IMG/VR virus record: IMGVR_UViG_3300025133_007312
Coordinates: 1-63,440 of that record
Length of the DNA: 63,440 nt
Reading direction: 5' to 3' (one strand)
From: a virus
Lineage: Duplodnaviria > Caudoviricetes
The notes beneath the pieces were generated by a model. That model ran no database searches and was not told the origin of the DNA. It saw nothing but the letters and a program-made list of their open reading frames with translations. The position numbers were made by a program, and so were the translations under genes. This document shows, in pieces, positions 14,201-21,500 of the stretch. Within the stretch, counting starts at the first letter, position 1. Every line of letters starts with the position of its first letter.

Positions 14201-14778
14201 TTTTTCAACCAGAACTCGATGCTGAATCCTTTAGCGCCGTCTATGTCGATGTTTGTGTCCTGCCGAGAACCACTAGCATAAACATTTGATCCTGTAAAAT
14301 AATTTGATATTTTTTTAGTTGAATCATATCCAGGTGATTGGTTTGGTCCGCCGAAAAACTTAATATATTCTTGAGTTGTTGTAGGAGAAAAATCACCGGA
14401 ACCCCCACTGGTTATAGTTCCATAATCATATCCAATATTTACATAACCATTACTTCGGGGATATAAATTATCAAAAAAGTATTTATCGAGATAAGTGCCT
14501 GTTAATTCCCAATTAATTTTTTCACGATCTGAACCATCATAAGGATATTCATTAGTAATGTAGTCAATAGAGGTCTTATAATATTCTTCCGCTAACCCAT
14601 AAAAAGAAAAATTAGATGCAGTCGTAAAATCTACATTGGGTATAACCTGTTTTACTTGGGCGACTTTAGACTTAACGTAATCCGCCGATTCAATGGGATC
14701 ACCCACCTCACCCAAACTAGAGTCTGCTATAAGTTTGTTGCCTTGTCCCTTCTCAAATAAATCTTTAATATTTGCCAT
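5278..14778 (-). CDS. giant baseplate/tail protein with LamG (ConA-like) domains
   Basis: 3166 aa; LamG pattern FSIEFWLK...WRHYALT...LYVNG...GSLDDFRIW; YKSKGTEKAFRNLIRCFG resembles P2 gpI/T4 gp7-type wedge segments; Ser/Thr/Gly-rich. Confidence 0.75.
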   Translation of the reverse strand: MANIKDLFEKGQGNKLIADSSLGEVGDPIESADYVKSKVAQVKQVIPNVDFTTASNFSFYGLAEEYYKTSIDYITNEYPYDGSDREKINWELTGTYLDKYFFDNLYPRSNGYVNIGYDYGTITSGGSGDFSPTTTQEYIKFFGGPNQSPGYDSTKKISNYFTGSNVYASGSRQDTNIDIDGAKGFSIEFWLKKPDFDVGSQSDRQVIVDIWNGSSDAASKGSFLVFIEGVSDNNIYANLTSGSVSSQYQLILSGDPIDDDTWRHYALTFKNDGSSLSSRLYVNGAFQTVGSVVGGGDSIGKITGSMVGYLGALSANPDYAGEGAGKLSGSLDDFRIWKTARTEKDIQENWFTSINGGTNTDYELAVSSSKKYDFSNNADLGIYYKFNEGIIDTSSIDSQDAVVLDYAGRSSNGTWTGYSVGSRNTGSAMVLSDAAASEFKDPIIYLANPLVSDLRTTYIDQGKLYDAENNSALYWSLPSWITNEDQSKTNSPLRNLTQIMGSQFDQLQLQMGALKDVKARSYDTVISGSKPQPFMSEILRSFGMDNDEILSNATALEYLASRNETENFEAKLSDTKNLIYLNIYNNLVDIYKSKGTEKAFRNLIRCFGVDESIVNLNLYGNNVDYQLRENERYSVVRKKAIDFFDPDRFEATVYQERPAPSSDQSEIINFTDLPANIGSTFECEAFFKPNPPNNIDGSFSVDFLSSSIFGAHTTDASNPPWLTPDVGNFQIYSVRKNLKRNEAFFVLTGTAGGFMPELTSSVFKSVYSDSKWNLSLRVYPEDPFVGSVSGSTSTNYTVRFTGFQYVLDDLVNSFDVSSSISDTSGISFLQADKRMFVGAHKTNFTSTLLEKCNAQISSCRVWAKKIENEHLKSHAKDPFNFGVKSPGDNQFLPVSGTVLGLAPYDIPDIKTLAMNWDFETVTGTTGVFVVPDYSSGSANISGYSFLDSITQMQHPGYGHGFPVGDSVVTRKYVNSSIQKKPELINSANMVSIVSETDDELFTRSSRPIDYYFSFEKSMYNVISKDMLNMFATIVDFNNIMGEPVYRYRQGYKNLEKLRQLYFQNVTNDPDFEKFLEYYKWIDSSISVMLMQLAPASANFLDGMKNMVESHVLERNKYWSKFPTADTESPLVYEVQAISTAMPDSPYGAARSLPVSNPFVRTRPEDPADQLIEDLLNDIANREEMDKLDVNLRLSEIAKIIGPDSISKYTSSIKEAMKARNEEIREGRTRAVSVSSIVSESPIIYEGGSNTTNQQKHIDYTKDELKLATNITLSAPSSDVVLTKFNSPVQKLKGKGKTFFKLQNSTNPLGYSSQKGDTIAPFSLYSSSADTGYIQQVRNNYTPVNGTFPSGVTASINITNYHDDSYHQGGIPIQGPFTQEHVGGRQARHQGIVTTPQTDGDLRGESWNLDITGNAIQLTPRSYSQARATRFREGTAKKPVNIRNIKYNTGSQTIGNYSEDYEILQTSGRTINNRYFIETEGATLTNASSSYVKDLFDYEMPRYDLTGTNKSIFVERFSAPGGPETTAGGLNVFGAEYSVYNTLNYRNLTVRRALDGWYSEYTGRFGIKSGSSVSADGYDTNAAYDKTNRNPRHVVTQESTCSVIYDNWWVQHAIPQSVFQYAWVTASVSKSACNTFGYVTPFTIPSGTTSTTQSAVPFLQSTNLWVGHPDSALSNSVTCSYNGLFTVAGIQFPGDYMEGYANQLTSSTNTISPGEYFASNSGISRDIPYYFLNLNGPYQYPSWKQSRTGETPIARYHKKNNILSVSPAPSVVTLPDGNGPGQVAQYLDRRPSAFKNFVEPPVSFKNKSLESIVGDNEGNRTTIVHPYGNKKQYFSQPIGNSGSITDYIGFVEPNTQEMYDQIIDANNITLVQNKYGEIIYPRDALTGLAKTRTRTDYAETATVTDGSASFSTGSNGIDRGPLLRRSMWRDQADLRNRRISFEGTEYTPAQYPGDTHTLTSSVMPFVYTTLPNSQGYLDGAATSIYGMGSTPLTFCDTVWGDGTYVWWLINPQSLFPPNSDVDDYLSGSEYIISLFPDTGELNSPNWQTIAGYVGISSGSSVTGSWAHQTTFYPTASAYYYHRSKTIGQDQTASLNKLAWKTAQLAGKNPWFDSYEDYSQDISKVAPNFTILPEFRISEHMDYYSEFNFRKNNDKFLTLNGAPITSSALIESSGEARGFNESFFNDYSNTDFQNYFGEFSSDLDLGHISLTCNGVKKLLPYNGFYPSQRSLQLATLFSQSVGPYISGLGWRDGLAITSSFENSGALALQSALQPYYAPGIMYNTIKSGIAVDWAAYTSSVGDASNDTDANTFGINLSSSANYRIPFESILDPLSDIGIPSNSGSAVNTKLSLLYPTYTGLQQYANGVLDTGSRGFQQPREPYVYMNTDARTQGISSAEYNLYRLGINNFLAEIPTFFLEGARLKSIKSQRQDEISLVSGTAYYINLTVEKDKGVIMIDDYLNEPNNGQPYTITQYRTYNGQFFGPPVSGGYNSDEYLFNEDCPLYFDTLPEYGYFMFTENAGDPLYAPYTPPYFYGKSTATIKYVADEEDEKGNFSYKKMFEKSEIDYGNEGLYDNFTKLQKRSNFISWVTSSSGGATGVFECSSSAIGEYFSLRKTSAAVAWDLGAISANSRSVNIGQFFEWQVPQEDKNVFVGLNDNPHASASYPDVNYAIQSSADSKTGGSQIYIWEDGSNVFNPSLPYQAGGWFRILIEDNGILKYQYCPQTSQADTSYPNGNPRVGDNDTVNGAQTLYKYGDPTLWETLYTSTVVVTGTLYPDVTIREESGSITYAQVSTTDRITYPAEEGAMQLSASINTFGILTEKQSRFDDKGNLLEVVDAPDESRNRWIISPKMETPVLDFSNQPRVEQFGRGMWSGYGQLLTSSNGVTFGIEETFKEGYNPGSASLLQKCFDTPQIRKVGEVADVKKISEAIIAIPYSPSAYARSSKYAQTTPVLDRNFFRIKTRTYDFYKKWYEQNKEDNLFNIPTDNDGNAKPSESITKMLSLMDNYVIPPELDFMTYGKGRSKINPFAMYIFEFNHYLNAQDLADIWQGIMPRISTNPEMSDPSIDDNTFSHPTGNDEFFHGKQLPPDTRWMVFKVKKRASYNYFDVTPSNSDDEQFNLAFSLGKKKLPYSYNWPYDFFSLVELAQIETENTFVLPGSEISEDDT

Positions 14779-14792
14779 TTTTCTTGTTCCGT

Positions 14793-16259
14793 TTACTCAA
14801 CTCTAAAATTAAAAATCTGCTTTTGTTCTTGGTACGAACCGTCGATATAATATAGAAACCGGATACTATATAAATAACCAGACTCTAATAAACTCATATC
14901 TAGATCAAAATAACTCCCACTCACGTCGTAAGAGAGTTTTGTATGATTGGCACTACCTGTCCCGTAGGATATAACATCCTTGTTATCTATAACACGGACT
15001 ACCTTATAAAAGGCATCTTCAATAAAATAATTTTGTATCGCAGTAGAAGCAACGGTATAAATGGTCGGACTCCAATTTTTGAGTCGGGTAAATAATCTTA
15101 ATCGTGCGCCCGCGTCATCACGACTATAAGAATTTTTTAAATTAGTGATTGTCGTTACATATTGTGGTATATTATAATAATCAGAAGGATCATGTGTCGA
15201 AGTAGAAAAACTTCCGGTATTATAATACGTTGAACCGCTATACCACTTATCGTAGACGGTACTCGCAGTTGTATAAAGGGCGAATGAAGCAGAATAAATT
15301 CCCGTTGAAACATATCCGCCCGTTATTGGATTGGTTGGGGTGGGCGTTAATTCTTCGCCACTGGCGGTTGCGGTATGAAGTGTTACATAAATAGAACCTG
15401 TCTCCACATCATTTATGTTAGTTAACTGTCCTCGATGATAATTGTAAATATAGAGAGTGTTTAAATTATTTGCTGAACTCAAGGCAGAACTTGATACAAC
15501 AAAATTTCCTCGATTGTCTTTTTTGCTACTGTCCCAGCGTGCCTCTATAATAGGTCTGCTAAAAAAGTATTCACTGCCCCTAGCAGAGAATCTTTTTGTG
15601 TAATAAGACTGATTGCCACCTTCTTGACTTCCCGTGAGAAATACACCTACGCCATAGTTGCCCAATCCACTTGCACCAGTGCCCTTAATCCACTGTTCAA
15701 CCAATCCGGTCACATCAACCTCTAAATCTTCAGTGCCCTCTTGAAATGTTTGAGAATAATTAAATTCCGCATATGCAGATGCAGTCAAAAAATCTCCACC
15801 TTCGTTAGTCCAAGGTGAATGGGCGCGAGCATTAATCCAGTTGGAACCAGTGCCATCATAAGTTAAATCGGAATAGTTGTCTAAATCAACCCCATTTCCC
15901 TCTTCCCAGGATTGAGATACAGGCGAAGCAAGAAGGGTAAAGTTTTTTGGGAGTGTCTGATCGTGAACCACATTAGACATGCGCAAATAAAAATTAACGC
16001 TACCACTAGCGGGGATCTTACTATTGTTCCGATCTTCTAAAATGGTAGTAACACCATTTAAAACTGAGGATGTTACTGGAAATTGTACTAGCACTCGTGC
16101 CGCCTCAAGAGAGGAACTTGATGCCTGTGCGTAAATGGAAAAAACTTCTAGGGTATCTGCCAGTCCTGTATTGCTTCCGGTGCCACGAGTGACCAAATTA
16201 GAGGTGTAGGCATTTGTCAAGGTGTTATTTTTGTCTGCAAAATATCTTTTTATGCCCAT
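14793..16259 (-). CDS. virion structural protein, beta-rich, possibly carbohydrate-binding
   Basis: 488 aa between the wedge gene and the giant baseplate gene; TAATG coupling; S/T/G/Y-rich. Confidence 0.65.
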   Translation of the reverse strand: MGIKRYFADKNNTLTNAYTSNLVTRGTGSNTGLADTLEVFSIYAQASSSSLEAARVLVQFPVTSSVLNGVTTILEDRNNSKIPASGSVNFYLRMSNVVHDQTLPKNFTLLASPVSQSWEEGNGVDLDNYSDLTYDGTGSNWINARAHSPWTNEGGDFLTASAYAEFNYSQTFQEGTEDLEVDVTGLVEQWIKGTGASGLGNYGVGVFLTGSQEGGNQSYYTKRFSARGSEYFFSRPIIEARWDSSKKDNRGNFVVSSSALSSANNLNTLYIYNYHRGQLTNINDVETGSIYVTLHTATASGEELTPTPTNPITGGYVSTGIYSASFALYTTASTVYDKWYSGSTYYNTGSFSTSTHDPSDYYNIPQYVTTITNLKNSYSRDDAGARLRLFTRLKNWSPTIYTVASTAIQNYFIEDAFYKVVRVIDNKDVISYGTGSANHTKLSYDVSGSYFDLDMSLLESGYLYSIRFLYYIDGSYQEQKQIFNFRVE

Positions 16260-18061
16260 TATTTTATTGTCCCCTTAATATCATTTTGGGGAAATTTAAT
16301 TTCGAACACCACATTATCTGGCGCAATCAAATATCTCCCATCGTCAGAATAACTATCATCAATATTAAATGCTTGATCGGAGTAATTTAATCCCGATTTA
16401 TGAACAATCTTTACACGCGAAACATCCACAATACTATCTAATTTATTTAATCTACTATAAATTTCAGTAACCGAAAAGGGTTCACCAATATCTAATTTTC
16501 TATTATAAAACTCTGTTAATTCTTCAATGGCGTCTGTTAACACATCAAATTTATTTGCTTCTAAATTTGCGATTGCGGTGAATTGTATTCCCAAATTTAC
16601 AATTTTTGCATCTAAAATATCAACTGTATCATTAATCATTCTACTAGAATTTATCCATGTTTTTAAGTTTTCTTTAATAGTGTTATTAGTCTGGATTAAT
16701 CGCCCATAATTATCTTCAGAGGTCACATATAAATTTAGATTTCTTTTCAAAGAAGACGGATCTCGTCTTATAGAAACTCTTTTGATCGCTCCAAATTGGG
16801 GTGGCATCGAATAACACATAATCTTGTAATCTTCCTGGGTTACTGCGCGGTTTTGTGAAGTGAAAGAACTATATATACGATTTTTTAATTCCTGCACTGT
16901 GGGAAGTGTAACATCTCCCACAATAGGATTTTCATTGTTAACTTCCAAAGAAGATATTACAGTCTCAACTTCAGTTGCATTTAAAGATGATTCATCGCTA
17001 AACTCAAAAATAGGAGAACCTATATTAACCACAGAGTTTGCTGAAGAATTGCAATTTGTTGATTCATTAGTTCGATAGGTTACAGTTAGGACAGTATTTG
17101 CAGGCGCAACACCTAATTTATCCGTCTTTAATAAGTTATAGGGATCAAAATTAGTATCTGAATAGTAGTCTCGACCGTGTTTATTTAAAACTATCTTGCT
17201 GGGATCTATTAAAGGTTCTACATTATTTTCGGTGATTTCTTGACCAAATCCAAATTGAATAGCGGTAGTTCTTCGATTTCTCTCTATAACAAACCTTCGC
17301 GGGACGACAAAGGGGCGTAAATTTGCTTGCGTAATGGTACTATTGTCTCCTGTATTTGTGGTTGCTCGATAAACTACATCTTGAGAGAGGTAATCCACTT
17401 CATAATATTCATTACCCTCAGAATCAGTTACTGATACTATCTCACTTATATTGGGCGCGGCAAGTTCTAATTTTAAGAATTTTTGAAATGTGCCCACGGT
17501 AATCTCTTCTCTCTCAACGATACCAGAAATTACTTTTCCTGATGTTCGGATGGCGTAGGAGAGGGGAACGCCAGTTGTGTTATTTACGCGCCCTACAACA
17601 ATCTCATTATTGGGATCTGCAAAATTAACATCTTCGGTAAGAGAAAATCCATTTCCATTAGTAGACGAAAACGTTGATCCCTTTTTTAAAATAGGCATAT
17701 AATCAGTGTCAGGAATAGCACCACTGGATAGTGACGGGATAATAATATATAAATCTACTTCTCCAAAAGATGAAGGGTTGCCTTGGAATTTATATCCTAA
17801 CTGCTTTCCAATTTTTATTATATTTTCATATTCTATGGCGGTATCCAAAAAGGTTTCATTTACACTATAGTCCAGATAGAAAGAAAGAATGTCGCCAATA
17901 TAAGAAACAGAATCGAGCATTAATGAACCAAATCCTGCTTCGCTAAAATCTTTAAATGTGTTTGGGTAATATCTTTTAGCGTAGTCGGTAAGATCTCGCC
18001 TTATGGAATTAAAATCTCTAGAGGTATATTTTATTAATGGATATTTTTTATTAGCAGGCAA
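16259..18061 (-). CDS. baseplate wedge subunit (T4 gp6 / Baseplate_J-like)
   Basis: N-terminal YTSRDFNSIR..L..Y...YYP..FKDFSEAGFG and internal QNRAVTQEDY motifs; adjacent to the gp25-like gene; TTG start with GGGAG SD. Confidence 0.88.
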   Translation of the reverse strand: MPANKKYPLIKYTSRDFNSIRRDLTDYAKRYYPNTFKDFSEAGFGSLMLDSVSYIGDILSFYLDYSVNETFLDTAIEYENIIKIGKQLGYKFQGNPSSFGEVDLYIIIPSLSSGAIPDTDYMPILKKGSTFSSTNGNGFSLTEDVNFADPNNEIVVGRVNNTTGVPLSYAIRTSGKVISGIVEREEITVGTFQKFLKLELAAPNISEIVSVTDSEGNEYYEVDYLSQDVVYRATTNTGDNSTITQANLRPFVVPRRFVIERNRRTTAIQFGFGQEITENNVEPLIDPSKIVLNKHGRDYYSDTNFDPYNLLKTDKLGVAPANTVLTVTYRTNESTNCNSSANSVVNIGSPIFEFSDESSLNATEVETVISSLEVNNENPIVGDVTLPTVQELKNRIYSSFTSQNRAVTQEDYKIMCYSMPPQFGAIKRVSIRRDPSSLKRNLNLYVTSEDNYGRLIQTNNTIKENLKTWINSSRMINDTVDILDAKIVNLGIQFTAIANLEANKFDVLTDAIEELTEFYNRKLDIGEPFSVTEIYSRLNKLDSIVDVSRVKIVHKSGLNYSDQAFNIDDSYSDDGRYLIAPDNVVFEIKFPQNDIKGTIK

Positions 18062-18082
18062 CTTATTAATCTCCCAAAATAA

Positions 18083-18478
18083 TTAGTCGGTTGGCAAAGT
18101 TATTTCAACAGTGTCCGTAGTTTCTAAAGGAGTGATGTTGTAAGATATTTTAACACCTAAAAAATTAGTGTCGAAATTAGGTTCATTGTTGGTGGCAGAA
18201 TTAAAAGTAATGTCCACCACTTCTATATAAGGCAAATATCTCGACACTTGACTCTTTATCCTCCCAGAAATGCTCGAATATAAAAGAGGGTTATCCAATT
18301 CAAACAAAAATTGACTTAATCCCACCCCAAAATTAATATCCATAACTCGTTCACCTGGACTTGTCAAAATTAAATTTTTAAAGTTTTGTCTTACAAGTTC
18401 CTGGTAAGAAGTTATTAGGTCAAAATCGTTAGTTGCGCCCCTCGTGAGGGGAAGTTTTGGTGTTAGTCCACTAGGCAC
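18083..18478 (-). CDS. baseplate wedge / sheath initiator (gp25/GpW-like)
   Basis: QNFKNLILTSPGERVMDINFGVGL..FLFE motif; 131 aa. Confidence 0.9.
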   Translation of the reverse strand: MPSGLTPKLPLTRGATNDFDLITSYQELVRQNFKNLILTSPGERVMDINFGVGLSQFLFELDNPLLYSSISGRIKSQVSRYLPYIEVVDITFNSATNNEPNFDTNFLGVKISYNITPLETTDTVEITLPTD

Positions 18479-18543
18479 TATATCTCTCCATTATTTTAAT
18501 TAGAGGGAATATAAAGTTTTTATTCTAGAAACTTCCAAAAGAA

Positions 18544-21500
18544 CTACTCCTCCTCATTTCTGGTCGATAGTCCTGCTCGGGTAGAACGATGTGGGTCTGT
18601 TGCAGATTCTGTAACTCCCCATGATCTCGACCCTTGGTTGGGCGTCTCTGATGGTTCTTCCATGGATTCCTCCGCATCGGAAGATGTTCTTCGAGGGTCG
18701 CTAGGATTGGCAGCGGAAGATGTTCTTCGAGGGTCGCTAGGATTGGCAGAAGTATTTTCGCCCGGTTCATGACTTGCGCCGGGAAGTCCCTCCTCGGCAG
18801 CGGTTCCCTCGGATGAAGACGGGCGGGCATTGTCAACCGTTTGTTGTGTTGCGGGTGATGAAGGTCCAACAACCGCACCAGGTGTTGGGGCGATATTTGT
18901 AGCACGAGACGCAGCATAATAAGCATTAAGTACCGACGCATTAGACCCAGGAGGGGGTAATCCCAAATCGGCACTACAGTTTTCATCGGATTCACCTATG
19001 TTTTTTGTATTAGAAGATTTTTTGCCATTTAGCATATCATTAATCCAATCCGATGGGGGCATTGAATTTAACCAATTGGGTTCTGGTTTATAATCTAGTG
19101 CCCAATAAACAAACCCAAAGGGGATAGTAAGGGGGGGACCAAAAAAGAAAGGTGCAAAAATAGTTGCGGGCAATAATGCCAAAGAGACTGCCCATATTTG
19201 AGGTTCTGGGATAAAGTTTTCCTCAATCGGGTCGAAAAGAGAGGCATCCGGTTTTGATGGAAGAACAGCATTCTTGCTCTTACAAGAACCAGGACCCACC
19301 AAGTCAGTGCATGTGGTTCCGGTTGCCCATTCCTCACCAGTCTCATATAAAGCCGTCGCCAAATCAGAGATGCCGCTTGCCGTATCGGAAACTGCCTGTG
19401 ATGATTGGTTTATGAGTTGTTGAGACTGCGCAATAAATTTGTTCACTACATGAATTAAGTCGATAATTCGTTTAGATAAAAGAATATTAATATCAGCGGT
19501 TTCCATAAACCCCTTGAAGATTAGAACCGATGATTTGAGTATCATCATCGCCATTTGCCCCGCAAGACCCTTAATGTCAAACCCGTTTAACATACTTTCC
19601 ATCATCTCTCTATTGGATGGCGCACATTTTGACTTTTCATAATTGCCACTATCCAAAAGAATAAACAATAATTGCCTTAACTCTTCTTTAGTCGCATCAA
19701 AAACAGTATCTACATTTTTAATAGTGGAGAGATAAGTGTTTGAGTAAATATTATTAATCCCTAACATCCTATCAACGGGAAAAAGATACTTAAATAAGAG
19801 AGCGTAATCTTCTGTTTGATTTAATTGTGAAATGAGGGTTCTTAAGTTGCGTTGATAAACTGATTTAAAAAATTTTGAATAAACAGGGGTCGCCTCAACC
19901 AAAAACCCATTATCATCTAATTGAGGAGTAGAGTTCTTTTCATAACTAGATCGTGCATCTCTCATGGAAGTGTGCATATTAAATGGCATCTCCACTCCCG
20001 TAATAGGAATAATATTTACAGTTCTTGTCGCGCCATTAGCAGATTCCTTTATATAATATGATTTTGTATTTTTAATAGTGGAATTAGAGATAAACGAGCG
20101 ATGGTCGTGCAACTGAGAATCTTGATCAATTATCTTTGCTGAATCTTGGGGATCTATTAATTTAATGGGCATAACATAAGAAAGTCTAAATCCAAGATGA
20201 AGTTCCTCAAAATAGTCCCCTAGGATCTGATTACTAAATTCATATTCTCGTACTTGTGGATTTTGTGGTAAGTTGGCACCACATGCATCAGCAAGAGCAC
20301 TTTCAGAATTAATTATATCCCGATGCTCAATTCTGCCGCCAGATGCAATTGCCTGAATAAAATCATCGAACTCATCAATATTAATAATTCCTGTACGAGC
20401 CCATTCAGATCCTGCTTTGGCAGTCGTTACGAGGAGTTTATTATTAATTTTTTGAGTCATTCCTGCGGCAGTTGTACTTGCATTAATAGGATCATTGGGG
20501 TCCGTATTTAATTCTACCGCCCTTATATAAGGTTCCAATACCAATCCACCGTTTCCATAATCACTAGTTGGGGGAACTTCCATTGGGCGGCGAGGGGGTG
20601 GTAAATCGTTCACACGACTAAGAAGATCACTTCTTAACTTTAATCTTTCCTGTTCTGCATTTGATAAATCTCGAAATGCATTTTCCCACTCATTAATCCA
20701 CTTATCATATTGCTGTTCTACTCGCTCATGAATCCTTGAGTCAGCAATAACTTGTGCCCGTTCCCACTTCAAAACGTGTAAAATAGATAAAGGATCTAAG
20801 TCCAGAAGGGACGGTGCTGAATATGAACCTACGTCGATGTGTGCTATTGCATGATAAAAGGTCTTTAAATGAAATAGATCGCGAGTTCCATCTGGATTTA
20901 AAATAGAAGAAGCATTAGAAACGGGATTGGCAAAGAGTGCCATAGAATGTTGAGCGTTATCAAGATCAGTAAATACCGGGACTCGTTGAAAAGTTCTTGC
21001 CGGTCCCCAATAACGCCATGGATCTCTCAAAACTGCTACCCGACTGGCAGGATCATTTTCAAGAGCAGCGCGATCACTAGAACGCATAACAGTGGGGGCG
21101 AAACCAAAGCGGAATTCAACGCCATTAAAATCTTTTAAATACCGTGGTAAAAAGTTGGGAACGAGTGTGGGGCGGATAATTTCAGACAATCCAATATATC
21201 CTTGGGGGTTGCCCCAAACGGCTCGTTCTCCGCTTTCTGGGAGGTAATTCCCAATTCTCAAATAATAAGGATCTTCTCTCCATAATTTAAACCTAGGTTG
21301 GTCAGTATCAAAATAAGAGGCATCTGGGGCACTATAAGACCTTCCATAGTCATCTCCATCGAACTCAATCTCTCTACGTCGCTGTTGCCAAGAGGTCACG
21401 CCTTCCAAAACTTCGTCTCTTACACCTGAAGTGCCTATACTTACTGCACTTAAACTTCCCCGATTTAAAACGCCTTCCATCCGGGTAATCTCTGAATGAT

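Noticed and set aside
18678-18749. 36-bp direct repeat as a CRISPR array
   Set aside because: Only two abutting copies, no spacer, in frame within a CDS
18525-18995. 156-aa alternative-frame ORF overlapping the end of the giant gene
   Set aside because: Shadow ORF of a GC-richer low-complexity tail; no SD or motif; no frameshift signal recognised
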